From Macrostomum lignano (Eukaryota): a stretch of 64,000 bases of DNA. The notes under the pieces were generated by a model. That model searched no databases, had not been told where the DNA came from, and saw only the letters and a list, made by a program, of their open reading frames with translations. The stretch is taken from assembly GCA_002269645.1 (NCBI GenBank), contig NIVC01001894.1, positions 62,001-126,000 of the forward strand. The letters are read 5' to 3'. Shown piece after piece: positions 34,801 to 47,894 of the stretch. The position numbers were made by a program, and so were the translations under genes. Positions within the stretch are counted from its first letter, which is position 1. Every line of letters starts with the position of its first letter.

Positions 34801-36410
34801 GCCCGATGACGTCAAACTTTCTGACCAGCTTTCTGCCTACTCGATATGAGACTCCGCCGTCTATAGCGGGTAGATGGAGAGATGGAAAGAGATAGGAATT
34901 ACATAATGAGTAAACAATTTTCTCTTAAAGCAAGCGGAGCTTTTAAAAAGAGCGCGGCGGAGGAAGAGACTGATATTTGGAGGGCAAGAAAACTTTTTGG
35001 AGAAGTACTTTTAACTTTCTAAGCTAGAGATAGTCAACAATAAGTAGCTGTTTGATAAGCTTGCTGAGCAGGTGAGATAGAGTGACAGCGGCGACAGGTA
35101 AAAGACTGGTAGATGGCGTAGAAGAGTAAGTGCGACAGGTAGAAGGTGTACAAGAGCAAGGAAGACAGGTAGAGGGCACAGAAGAGAGAGGGAGACAGGT
35201 AGAAGGCACAGAAGAGAGAGGGAGACAGGTAGATGACGCAGAAGAGAGAGGGAGACAGGTAGATGGTACAGAAGAGAGAGGGAGACAGGTAGATGGCACA
35301 GAAGAGAGAGGGAGACAGGTAGATGACGCAGAAGAGAGAGAGGGAGCCAGGTAGAAGGCACAGAAGAGAGAGGGAGACAGGTAGAGGGCACAAAAGAGAG
35401 GGAGACAGGTAGATGGCACAGAAGAGAGAGGGAGACAGGTAGATGGCACAGAAGAGAGAGGGAGACAGGTAGAGGGCACAGAAGAGAGAGGGAGACAGGT
35501 AGAGGGTACAGAAGAGAGAGGGAGACAGGTAGAGGGCACAGAAGAGAGAGGGAGACAGGTAGATGGCACAGAAGAGAGAGGGAGACAGGTAGAGGGTACA
35601 GAAGAGAGAGGGAGACAGGTAGATGGCACAGAAGAGAGAGGGAGACAGGTAGAGGGCACAGAAGAGAGAGGGAGACAGGTAGATGGCACAGAAGAGAGAG
35701 GGAGACAGGTAGATGGCACAGAAGAGAGAGGGAGACAGGTAGAGGGCACAGAAGAGAGAGGGAGACAGGTAGATGGCACAGAAGAGAGAGGGAGACAGGT
35801 AGAGGGCACAGAAGAGAGAGGGAGACAGGTAGATGGTACAGAAAGGAGAGGGAGACAGGTAGAGGGTACCGAAGAGAGAGGGAGACAGGTAGAGGGTACA
35901 GAAGAGAGAGGGAGACAGGTAGATGGCGCAGAAGAGAGGGAGACAGGTAGAGGGTACAGAAGAGAGAGGGAGACAGGTAGATGGCGCAGAAGAGAGGAAG
36001 ACAGGTAGAGGGCACAGAAGAGAGAGGGAGACAAGTAAATGACGCAGAAGAGAGAGGGAGCCAGGTACATGGCGTAGAAGAGAGAGGGAGCCATGTAGAG
36101 GGCTTAGAAGAGACTGCTTGTCACGCCGGCTGCGGGTCAACTTTCGCCTCGATTTTCTATAGAGCCTAAAGCCCACACTGAAAGCTAAAAAGCGAAGAGA
36201 CAGACGGATAGATGGCGCATAGAAACTAAAAAAAAACGAGCTAAAAAGTCTATAATGCCATTAGGCACGCCGCTAGCACTCACCGAGAGTGGACACAGCA
36301 GGTGCACTCAAGATGGCGCCAATGCAGACTGGCAGGTGCTGGCAGCAGGCTGGATCCAGCTGGGCCGCCTGCTGCTCCGCTGTAGGCTGGCCGTCATCGC
36401 CCAGCTGCAT
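31833..36410 (-). CDS. STN1: CST complex subunit STN1
   Basis: Phase-consistent exons 36284-36410, 34756-34860, 33728-34212, 31833-32327. LDP..H motif, FDVIG, VDDGTGSIGCTLWK, GLVREFRGSREL (OB fold), winged-helix-like C-terminus. Confidence 0.8.
32638..33178. repeat. 21-bp minisatellite in STN1 intron 3
   Basis: Unit GCCTGCGGCGCC(T/A)AAATGAGT. Confidence 0.95.
34313..34440. repeat. 29-bp minisatellite in STN1 intron 2
   Basis: About 4 copies of AGTGAGTCGCTACGATCACATGACCCTTT. Confidence 0.9.
35095..36110. repeat. 30-bp minisatellite in STN1 intron 1
   Basis: Unit GAAGAGAGAGGGAGACAGGTAGA(G/T)GGCACA. Confidence 0.95.
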
Positions 36411-38730
36411 TATGACAGTGCCGAGCAGGGCTGCAACTATAGGCAACGTAAACTGCCTAAATTCAATACAATCATCAGTATATCTCATAATTAGTCTCTA
36501 CTGAAGTTGTTAGGCTGCGCTACAATGAGGCCCCCAGCTGTGATTCAGCTTGAGTATCTTAAAATTTATCGGTTACTTTCGAAATTGCGCCACTTGGCTC
36601 ATTACCGTATAGGAAAGCTCGAATAAATGTGCAAAAAATAAACTTGCAAAGCTCGGTTTGATTTGGTATAATTCAAGGCTGCGAATTTCCGCTCAGATAA
36701 CTTATTTGAATCATTCGAATTAATGGACAGATGATGTTCGAAAAAGGCGTGTGTGGACAAATCGACTAAACGATTTCCCTTTTGTGCCGTCATTTAAGTT
36801 TCTTCCATAGACAATGAAGGCGTGGGTGTAGAGGGATGAGTGAGTGGTTTTTGCCATAGACAGCTTGCGCTGTTGCACGTTTTTGTGGTGAAGGGAATTA
36901 AAAATCAAATAATTTAATTTGAGTTTCAATGGTAAAGACAGGCATTAGTAAAGATCAAATCGTTAGTCAATGGGAAAATCAATGTGGGACTCGAACAGAA
37001 GGTAATCTGCTAAGGTAATGATTAGGTATAGGATAAAACATTATTTTTGAGGGAGCTATTTGTATAGAAATGAAAAAAGCTACCGAAAAAGACACGTTTA
37101 TCTCATATCAAACATAGACGTAAAGATTTACGAGATTTACGAGAGTCTTTCAAAGTCTTGAAAGTCTTTAAAGCAATCCAGTTTCCGTAAGTAATTACGG
37201 TTTGTTATAGAATTGAAAGCATAGACGGGTCTCATCCACTGATAAAATTTTACATAATAGAACCAGAAGACAGGCAAAACCTGCTTCTGAAGTGCGCTCT
37301 CAAGAGATTGTGCACGAATAGAGTTTAATCATGCAATTATAGACTTGTCTAATCCTGTCTCAGAGACTGACAGGCAAATCCTAAGTCTGTCCCTTCTACA
37401 AAAACAGCAATTATTGTCTCATTAAACGGCGCAGCGAAGGACAGAAAGAGAGCACAGCCCCGCTTGCGCTTGTTTACCCGCTTTCACTGTTGCTGCCCCA
37501 GCAATATATGCCCTGCCTGTCGTTATGAAAGCTTATTAGAGCTACAGGCCTGGAGTGTAGCGATAAAACTAAAATCCGTTGGTTGTCAGCCACGGAGAGA
37601 AAAATCTGGGTCGCACAGCAAGAAACCATCGCAGTGGCATTATTAGGCAGGGGCCAGAGGGAGGGGAGGCAGCGAGAAAGCGCTACTCTGACCCTCGCTG
37701 AGGCTCGCTTGCCAGCTAGTACGAGTAGAGCTGAGCAGACTCGCATTAGCAGCACGATTATGCAGATAAGGAGCACTGCATCAAAAAACAATGAGTTGTT
37801 GCGCTAAATTGTGCTTGTATTAGGCTCGTATAGAGATGCTTAGATGAGTACAGCAAGGGACTTTTATGCTAGAACCGACAACGTTTAACTAAATCTCAGC
37901 TGGTCTTAATTCAACTCATACTTGCAGCATTCCTTGTATAGAAAGAGAGACAGACAGACAAGGACCGACCAGAGTGTTTACTGCATGGCAAAAGAGTAAC
38001 CGAGACCCAGACAAACTGGTCGAAAAAGAAACGAATGTCAGGGGGCTTGTACGAACTATACTATTCTATTGAACACGAGGGTGAGAAAAAATCTACCGAA
38101 AAGATACAATACTATTGGTTTACGAATAACACACACCCGTCAATTCCTAGAAAGAAAGCTAAGAATCGTAATACATATATAAACTTTTTCTGCCAAGGAG
38201 TTGAAACAGACAGTCACTAAACTTTCGCAACATCACAGAACACAGAATTGAGATCAGTGCGTTAATTAACCTGGCTTCAACACTGGAATTCTATCGAATC
38301 GGCAAATGACAACGGGTAGGTGAAACGTGTTTACAATGGTCCAACTGCACCAGTGGTCGTTCTGATCTGATAGAATACGATATAATTGAAATAGGCCTTA
38401 CCCACTGCAAGATGGCTAGGTGGTATGCAACAGAACAGCCGTTGCAATAGCGCGGCGCATCCAAAGGCTGCGTACAGTTTTTACAGTGCTGAGACTGGGA
38501 AGTCGCAACTCCCAGCCTGTATTTATATGAGCTGCTTCTACCGCAGCTCAAATCTGCTATCCTATCACAGCAGAGTAAACTGGAGCTTAGATTAAGTTGC
38601 CACTCGTTCACGGTGGATGCTTTAAGGAATGACAAAAGGCAATTCAGCTTGCATGATAACCATGACAAACTCTGCTTAACAAGTCCCGATTGCAACAAGA
38701 CTTAAAAACCTATTTTAACCTTTTAATTGC

Positions 38731-40059
38731 AGAAAGCAGCCAGCGCATATTCCTGACCCAAAGCAGCCGCTCACCATCCGCTGAGGAGGCGACCACCACG
38801 CTGGCTGTGACTCGAACCATGACCACAAGAACAAGCGCCACAACGCCAATGACTACGAGGTCTCGAACGGCAACGGTCGCCGAGAGTAATGAGCGAATGG
38901 CAACGGAGCGTCAGCGCCGAGCTGAGGGCGCGAAACGCCTAGCCAGGCTGGAGCGAGCCAGCAGCGAGTTGGCCACCTACGGCCGGCGCAGGTTTGAAGC
39001 TACAACCGACGAGACAACAGTGCCAGCATCAGCCAGGCAACAAGTCGACGAAATTGGGTCTAAGTGCGGCCTATCGCCATACACAACAGTTGTCATGGAG
39101 ACAGAGACTACGCCGTCGCGCGCGTCCAGACAGCGGCGAGAGGCAAGCCGGTCGGATGCGGGCACGTCTAATGAATGAGCTGAGGCTGCCGCCAGCCAGA
39201 GCTACCAGTCCGGTTCAGGCACGATCGGACAGCACAAGAGCTGACCCAGGAAGGCTGCCTGACCTCTCGATCTACTCGCATCGCCGGCGGCTACCCATGG
39301 CCAGTGAACTACAAGTACACTCCATTTCCAGAGCCGCGCTTGCAGCGTTGGACTTCGGCCCAGCGACGTCTTACAGCGGAAGCTATTGCCGCGGCAGAGG
39401 AATCGGAGCATGCGAAGGACGCGGGAGCAGACGACAGCATGGCCCAGACTGTGCTAATTGAACTGGCAATTCCGGCGATGTCACAGAAATCGCCTTCGCC
39501 GACGCATCCGCACGTTGTATTTGATTTGCCAATGGTGACAATGTCGCTGCCGCAGCACCACCCACGCAAAGCAAGCGACAGTCAGCTGCCGACGACTACG
39601 GGCAAATTCACCGGCCTGGCACCGGCGGACAATTCTAGCGTGAAGTGGCAGCGAAGCAAGTCGCAGTCGACGGTGCAGAAGCACGCGCCGCACCGATTGC
39701 TGTCCGTGTCAACCATTGGCGACGAAGAGCGGTCCAGACGGCAGACCCAGCTGCAGAGACTGGCCCAGGTGTGCAACAGGCTGAGCAGCCATCGCCAATG
39801 CACCAAGGACGGCGCAGCGGAGGCCAGTAAAACGGAGTGCAAGCACAAGACAGATGCTATAGACTATCTAGTGGAGGAAATCGAGGCGGCCGTGGCCAAC
39901 GGCGGGCCGCTGTTCCGCACTGGGGCTGAAGAGTCAGACGATCAACTACCGGCACTGGCTTGCCCTGGCTCACTCGCTAAATCGCGTCAGCACCTGACCC
40001 GAAACTGGCTGCGGCAGCACCGCTTCCAAGGAGCTGGACCGTCGGTCATCATTGGCTGA
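38731..40059 (+). CDS. Putative low-complexity protein, unassigned; reading frame discontinuous near 39170-39310
   Basis: Acceptor TTAATTGCAG at 38730; GC-rich ORFs 38690-39178 and 39184-40059 lie in different frames. Confidence 0.45.
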
Positions 40060-43000
40060 TTCGCGAATCAACCACAAGTCAGTGTAGCAGCAGTGCGCAC
40101 GAGCTTACAAAAATTATATTTAGCAGTAGCAAGGCGTCAGCAGCAACCAAGCAATAATGCTCGCTAACGCCTGGTTTGCGCATCCATTTGTATAGTACAT
40201 GCTTATTACTACTGCCTTTTGAGCCGAGCTCTTTAGAACTCGTAAATTTACTAGAAACAAAGCTCCGATCTTTACAGTAGATTTATGAAGGCATACCAAG
40301 CAGTTGTCTTTAATGTTATCCGACTGTCTGCTCGAAAATGTATTCTCGTAATGAATCAAAATGTTGTTTAACTATTAAATTGTAAAGCTTTGAATGTGGC
40401 CTAAGGTACTGCTATATCTCTGCTATACTATTTTTGTGCCCAATATAACACATTAGGTGTGTAGTTCACCAAATCACGATGCAAAAATCGCGGATTATTG
40501 TAAATACATTCATTTAAAACTGCATTAAAACTAATAACATATACACAAACCAATATTCGCACAGGCCATTATGAATTGTTTATGCGCCATTTAAAAAAGG
40601 AAAATGGAGCAATCCAACAAAATGGTTTAATTTTAAATTTTGCTTCGGCATGCAGCTTCGGAGATGGTCGAGATGCCAATTCTTCCTCAAAACAGCCAGA
40701 AAATTTTTTTGGTACTTTTAACACGACGAGGTTTGGAATTCAAAGCTAGTCTAAGTCATTTGAGTTTTTATTTCTAGGACTCTTCGGTCGAAAAAATAAA
40801 ATAGTAAAACAGTAAATAGTATAATAATGGAGTAACTTACTGGATAGCAAAGCTAAGGATTAACAATTTGTTGGCCTAGCATACTACTTATGCTACTTAC
40901 GAGCATAAGTAGAGGGTAAAGAACACAATAAGCTGCCCACGAAACGATTGAGTTACCTACCAATTAGCTAGCTATTAGTGCAGATAAATTGTGCTACAGA
41001 GAAATGACCCATAACTATTTTATGATATGCAAAATCCTTTACAAAGAAAGTAAATAAATTAAAGTAAACCTTTATTGAAATAATCCATGTAGAGAAATTG
41101 CCCTTGCGCAAGATTCTATTATTTAAGTTAAAGCAAAACGGCAATAAATAAGTGTTTATGTAACAAACAAATAAAAACAAATAAGCACAGCAACTGTAAG
41201 ACTTTGAAGTAATACAAAGCGCTTTATCATTTGAAAAGTGAAAGAAAATGTTGTCGGACAATATTCAATTTCACAATAAGTCAATAAAACATAATAGTGC
41301 ACTCGTGTTTGTCAATTACAAAAACGGCATTACGCAAATAGATAAGTGAGTTGAGTAGTTAATTGAGATCTATCCAGTTACAAAATTTCCGTGGAGTCAC
41401 GAGGGATAAATAAATAAACGGTTTACTTTGAACTGTATTAAACAATTTATTGCTGTACTGAGTCGCCAATAATAAAAAAGTTTCTCTCTCTTTCTTAGTC
41501 TGAAAATTCGGGCTGGTCGGTGCAGTAATGCAGTTACGAGCGTAATCGGCACATACTGGACTTTAAGTGAATCCGTCCTTCCTATATGCATGTACATGGC
41601 GTAGTAGGTTCGGGCCATTAAAACTTTATTTAGCAAATTTTAAATAGCTACGAGTGTACGCAGCCGCGAGTGAGTGAAGCGGTTAGATTTATCGATTTTT
41701 TCAACCCTACAGTCCTAGATTTTCTAACCACGGCTATTGGCTACGCCGCTCTGGCTAGAGGTGGCTGAGGCTTATCGATTTTATTATCTGTTTTTTAAAC
41801 CCCAACCATTAATCTTTTCTAACCTCCGATAGCCTTCATAATGAATGGCTATAGGCTAAGCAGACTTCTAGCCATAACGGCGGCCTGACTGACTGGGGTA
41901 ATTGAGGAATATCGATTTTTTTGGTGTTTTCCACCCTAGCCTCTAACCCCGACCATGCTAGGCTTATCGGTTAACAGACGTGAACTTTTAATCGTTTTGT
42001 TATTAACTACGCTACCCCACTTCACGAAGTGTGTTGATAATACAAGACACGGAATCAAGTTATTTTGTACAACTCCTAGGACAGGGCAGGGCCCATACAT
42101 TATAAAGTAACAAGCTGTAGGTGTAGATTATTAAACTGACAAAAACGATACTGAATTAAAATATAAAGGATACGTTAGTTGAGAGCAATAAACGCCTGAT
42201 TAAAATGTCAGGTAAGTGCATTTGCAAAGATTAACGACAGGACAGGGAGATAAAATATTGAAATACACTCAGTACTTGTGATTGAATGAACAAACTGTAA
42301 AGATGCATAGTTGCGAACTATAAGCAACTGTCAAAACTCTGATGAATGCAGAAATACGAGCAAATACGTACAACTTGGACTGTCATGCTGATAAGAAAAT
42401 TGTCATTGAGAAACTGCACACAGAAACACGTGCATGGACTTCCGTCGCTCCCGCCTCAACTCAAAATGCAAGCAAGATCAATTTTAATAAAACTCCCTAA
42501 ACACTAGTATTGATTATTTATTGATAGGTACAAATATATAAATAGATTTTTGGTCTACTAAAAAACTTGAAAACAGCACAATAAAGATGTGACAATGTGG
42601 ACTCTCACCGAGTAGTGCATAGTTGACACACTGCTTGCAGATATAAGACGTTTATAAAAAAATAAACATAAAGCAGTGGAAAAATCAAGGATTTAGCTTT
42701 ATATATGTATTATCGTAAGGAATCAAAGAAAATAAACAGGATTGTGGGCGTTGAGTGAGCAACCAGTGGTTTAGTACAACTTAATACAAAAATATAAGTG
42801 ATTTGTTTGAAAATAAATCGGCTATATGATGCCTAAATAGTGACAAAAATACGTGTCATATGTGATTATAATAAACACAGGTAAAGATTAACAAACAGCA
42901 TGTACAGGTTACAGATACAATGTGACATGCAGAGTTTAGATATGATATATAAATGCTCAGAAGCACACAAAAAACAATCTTATCGAAAGTTTAGATTATT

Positions 43001-43127
43001 TTAACTTGGCTGACAGTGATTGTGACAGGAAAAAGTTGCGGGCAGGAAGAAGGGCTATTATATACATGCGCACAAAAAAGTACACAGCTGGTCATGCAAT
43101 CGAGACTAAGATAAGCGGCGTCACGAA

Positions 43128-46100
43128 TCACTTAACAGCCCAAGAGCAGGTGGGATTAATCTTGAGCAGGTAATAAATCTGTGTGTTACCGGGCAGCCGG
43201 CGCTCATTGATGTTGCCGCCAACCTCGTACAGGGAGGTGGTGGAGGGGTCGCAGCCCAGCCCGTGAAGAACTTCGGCAGCGGTGGTGGACGGCGAGATTG
43301 GAACCAGCTGGCTGCGGTTGGTGCTGGCCTGGTGAACACTGATGCTTACCTTGGTGAGAGGGGGTGAAGTGGTCAGGTATGGGAAGTTGCTTGATTAGCG
43401 CCGAAGTGTGCAGGAGTGGGCAAGCGGCCTACTTTTACTAAAGGCTGTTAGTGAATTTGGGAGGCTACTGAAGGATCTGAGAGGCTACTAAAATCTGACG
43501 GGCTGTTGAAGGATCTGATGAACAGATAAGTTTAGATCTATTTATAGATCTAAAAGGGGTCACTAAAAACAGGGGATTAGATTACTGAATTAGGATCAGA
43601 TAAGACAGCTGAAGTATCGGATGAGACAGCTGAAGTATCGGATGGGACAGCTGAAGTATCGGATAAGACAGCTGAAGTATCGGATGAGACAGCTGAAGTA
43701 TCGGATGGGACAGCTGAAGTATCGGATAAGACAGCTGATGTATTGGATGGGGCAGCTGAAGTATCGGATAAGACAGCTGAAGTATCGGATGGGACAGCTG
43801 AAGTATCGGATGGGACAGCTGAAGTATCGGATGGGGCAGCTGAAGTATCGGATAAGACAGCTGATGTATTGGATGGGGCAGCTGAAGTATCGGATGAGAC
43901 AGCTGAAGTATCGGATGGGACAGCTGAAGTATCGGATGAGACAGCTGAAGTATCGGATGGGACAGCTGAAGTATCGGATGGGGCAGCTGAAGTATCGGAT
44001 GGGACAGCTGAAGTATCGGATGAGACAGCTGAAGTATCGGATGGGGCAGCTGAAGTATCGGATGAGACAGCTGAAGTATCGGATGGGACAGCTGAAGTAT
44101 CGGATGAGACAGCTGAAGTATCGGATGGGACAGCTGAAGTATCGGATGAGACAGCTGAAGTATCGGATGGGACAGCTGAAGTATCGGATGGGACAGCTGA
44201 AGTATCGGATGGGACAGCTGAAGTATCGGATGAGACAGCTGAAGTATCGGATGGGACAGCTGAAGTATCGGATGAGACAGCTGAAGTATCGGATGGGACA
44301 GCTGAAGTATCGGATGGGACAGCTGAAGTATCGGATGAGACAGCTGAAGTATCGGATGGGACAGCTGAAGTATCGGATGGGACAACATGCGACAACTCAC
44401 CTGCTGGTTTTGGATCGATGTCGCAGAAGTTGAGCTGTTAAACACCGGACTGTCAACAACTGCAGCTGCCAGAGAGGATACGGGCGTTTTTGCTGCAGCA
44501 GCAGCTGCCTGCTTGCGCAACAGTTTGGCCGCCTTCTTGGCGCTGCTGGCGCCGCCGCCGCCGCTGGTGCTGGCAAGCTGGCTTAATTTATTAGGCGGCT
44601 CGCGCAACTGTTTAATTAGAAACTCTGGCACGCTCCACACTATGGTGCGATATTTAATGAGCATCTCAACTAATCCGATTAGATTGCCAGTCTCAGCCAA
44701 CAGATTGGCGCCTTCTCGTTGCGCTTTCTTCGAAGATTGAATGGCGAATAAATTTGGCGCCATGACGGTTGCTATGGCTTTCAGATTCATTCGATTGTGC
44801 TTGTGCTGCTCGATTACCTGACAGAGGGTGAATTGTGTGTGGGAGATCGAATATCATACTGATTAAGCTGAAGCTCAACTTACACAGGACTTCGCGCCGA
44901 TGGGCTAGGGAGGGAGCGGGTAAGATAGAGAATAGCTGGGGCAGGGAGTAGGGAGAGAATAGCTGGGGCAGGGGGTAGGGAGAGAATAGCTGGGGCAGGG
45001 GTAAGGGAGAGAATAGCTTGGGTAGGGGTAAGGGAGAATAGCTGGGGCAGAGGGTAAGGGAGAGAATAACTGGGGCAGAGGGTAAGGGAGAGAATAGGTG
45101 GGGCAGGGGATAGGGAGAGAATAGCTGGGGCAGGGGGTAGGGAGAGAATAGCTGGGGCAGGGGGTAAGGGAGAGAATAGCTGGGGCAGGGGGTAGGGAGA
45201 GAATAGCTGGGGCAGGGGGTAAGGGAGAGAATAGCTGGGGCAGGGGGTAAGGGAGAGAATAGCTGGGGCAGGGGGTAGGGAGAGAATAGCTGGGGCAGGG
45301 GGTAAGGGAGAGAAAACAGGCAAAGAAAACTTGGGGTGGTTGAATATAGAGACCCAATTTCAAATCACGATATGTGGAAAAAAACTCTACACTAAAACTT
45401 AGGGTTGAAAAAAAACAATCAAGAAATGCGCAAATCATTTTCATGAGACAGACGCGCACCTTAGCAAACAAGTCGACCATCAGGCGCAGCGTGCTACAAT
45501 TAGGCGTTGGCAACAGCAGCACAAGCAGATTAAGGCCTAACAATCTGTCCATATCGTGCTGAATACAGCGCAGTTTTAAATAGAAATCTGCATAGGCTGT
45601 TGAAGTCAGCGGCTCGGGCAGCTCACGCAGGAAGGCCTTCAACAGGCCGGCTAGGTCGTGCCAGTCAGCGGTCAGACGCTGATGCTGCTGCTCGGTGTCG
45701 GCCATCAGCGCCTTGATGCCGGCTGACTCGGCCCGCTCCCTGGCCTGGCGGATTCTCTGCAGCGAGCCGGGGACGCGGAACAGGCCTTCGGTGCGCAGCG
45801 CTTCCGGCCGTTCAAGCTGACCGACAATCCAGCGGACCAGCTGAGGCACCCCGTCGCTACTGGAGCTGCCGCTCTCCTTAGCAACCAGCTGGTCAAGCGG
45901 CACGCCGAAACAGCTGGCAACAACAGAGCGCCGCGAAGCCGACCGGCCGCGTGACGACGGCTTCCTAAACGCCGGATCGCAGTCGTATTTATCGAACAGG
46001 GCGGCCAGCTCCAGGTGGGCCAGAGCTCGAATCTGCTGCCTATCTGGCTCGCTGAAATCGAATATGCTGGCATTGCCCAGGCGGTTGTTGGGCAGTACGA

Positions 46101-47025
46101 AGGTCGGGTATTGCTCAAGGCCCGACGTGGCAACAGGTGTAGCACCGCTGCTGCTTACAGATGGAGCCTGTGAGGGAGAGGACAGAGAAAAACAGTGATA
46201 CGAGTAGTAGCGTGTGGTCCGTGTGGAATTAAAACAATTTTTGAAGGCCGATCGATTGTAATTTGTCAAATTGAAAATAAATAATAAAAGATGACAATAA
46301 AAATAAGCCCCTGATCCTCTGGCAAGGCGGCCAGGTGTGACAGACAGCGACACGGTCTGTATGATAATTACCTGATCTGCGTGTAGTGGCGTTGCCCCGG
46401 CAACAGGCGCTGCAGTTCGTCCCGTCACTTGCAGCAGATCGTCCTCCGAGTCGCCGGTGTCCTCCGATCCGGTGTCCGCGTCGGCAACGCCCGAAGTTGC
46501 CGCTGCTGTCCCGGCGACCCCAGCCTCGCTGAACAGCTGTCTAACATCCTGCCTAGAGGCCAGGCCTCGTTTAGCTTTCAAAGTAGCGATCCGCTTCATC
46601 ACGGCATTGAGCTGCTTCCTGCTCATTCTTTGATAGTGCGCGTCTAGTGCCGAATCTGCGGCGCTTAAATCGGCCCCAGCTTGATGATCGCCGATGGCGT
46701 TTGACGATGCCGTCGACGCTGACTCGGTCGACGTTGACATTGGCGACGATTGCAATAGTCGGCGAGCGATGTCGGCCAGCAGCGGTGAGCCGGTCTGTTC
46801 GAGCCAGTCCGCCGCGCTCTCGGCTTCGTCCGGGGTGCGCGAGTCCAGCTCATCATCGTCAGACTGGTAGCCGGCACCGTTGCGCCAGCTGCGGACGGCC
46901 GCAAGCTCGGCCGCGAACTCGCCGCTGCTACTGCTCGGCTCGCTGCACAGGCCGCTGTCGGCGCCGCCGCCGCCGCCGCCGCCGTTTTGGCTGCCGTTTT
47001 TGCCCAGTTGCTGTGCCTTGGCAGC
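43128..47025 (-). CDS. ARHGAP18: RhoGAP of the ARHGAP18/28/40 (Conundrum) family; start codon not found
   Basis: All phase-0 exons 46372-47025, 45460-46167, 44401-44817, 43128-43349. Motifs TEGLFRVPG, DLAGLLKAFLRELPEPL, NRMNLKAIATVMAPNLF, and C-terminal LYEVGGNINERRL...INPTCSWAVK. Confidence 0.88.
43605..44385. repeat. 21-bp minisatellite in last RhoGAP intron
   Basis: Unit CAGCTGAAGTATCGGATG(G/A)GA. Confidence 0.95.
44915..45315. repeat. 27/28-bp G-rich minisatellite in RhoGAP intron
   Basis: Unit GGGGCAGGGGGTA(A)GGGAGAGAATAGCT. Confidence 0.95.
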
Positions 47026-47894
47026 CTATAGGCGGGGGGGGGGAGTTAACGAGCATAGTAGCTGGGCCTGTGCCTGAACTGAACGTTAAAAAGTAATCTA
47101 CGCTACATATCGGTAGCTGATCTAGTCTGGGTAAGACTCTACCACCCGTCAATTCTTCTAAATCCCTCTTTGAGAACTCCTCCTGAACTCTTAAAAGCAA
47201 TTTACGCTACATGTCGGTAGTGGAGCTATTCGGGAAAACTACTTCGTACTATATCCTGATGTCTATCTAGTCAAGGCAGCACTCTTAAGACACTAATTAC
47301 TAAATGATTAAATTACTTAAACAATTTACGCTACATATCGGTAGTCAATAATCACATTATATATAATAGTTAGACTTTATTTATCAACATAAAATAGGTA
47401 TATGATCATATGATTATACGTAATGTATTGACATACAAAGACCGAAAAGAAGATGCCTCATAATACAAGACCAACTTATACCAAATTACAGTATATAAGT
47501 AGCCGCAGCTGGCAGATGCTTGCTTGAAGAGTTTAAAAATGGCGCAGACGAAGATTAAGAGACTCTGTTTTTATATTATAAAGTTTGGATCCCGATAGCT
47601 TTAATAAAACTCAATACAAGTCAGGCGAATTGAAAGCTACTCGAGTATATATATGCTACTAACAATAGCAGTAAATTCCGCGGATCGCATTGAAAAACAT
47701 TTATATTAGGCGGCAAAAATAATCTATAACTAACATAATAAAACCAGTTATATTGAGATTATTGGATATAAGCTGTGAAAATCATAAATTCCATTCCATT
47801 AGTAACGACAACCAAATTTTAATAATACTGCGAACATCAAAACGGAGATAGAACACAAATATTACTGGAGGTCCTGGGTTCGATTTCTCTCCCC

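Noticed and set aside
37464-37807. Short overlapping ORFs between STN1 and the 38731 gene
   Set aside because: No splice support or recognisable motif; probably promoter or UTR sequence.
39170-39310. Programmed frameshift or readthrough in the 38731-40059 gene
   Set aside because: No slippery site or structure is seen. Similar one-base breaks at about 30090 and 58950 point to consensus indel errors.
41640-41960. Degenerate TATCGATTTT/CTAACC repeats suggesting a Helitron-like element
   Set aside because: No defined termini or hairpin; too degenerate to classify.
42330-42380. Possible minimal hammerhead ribozyme (CTGATGA...GAAA)
   Set aside because: The U of the cleavage triplet is absent and stem I cannot form.
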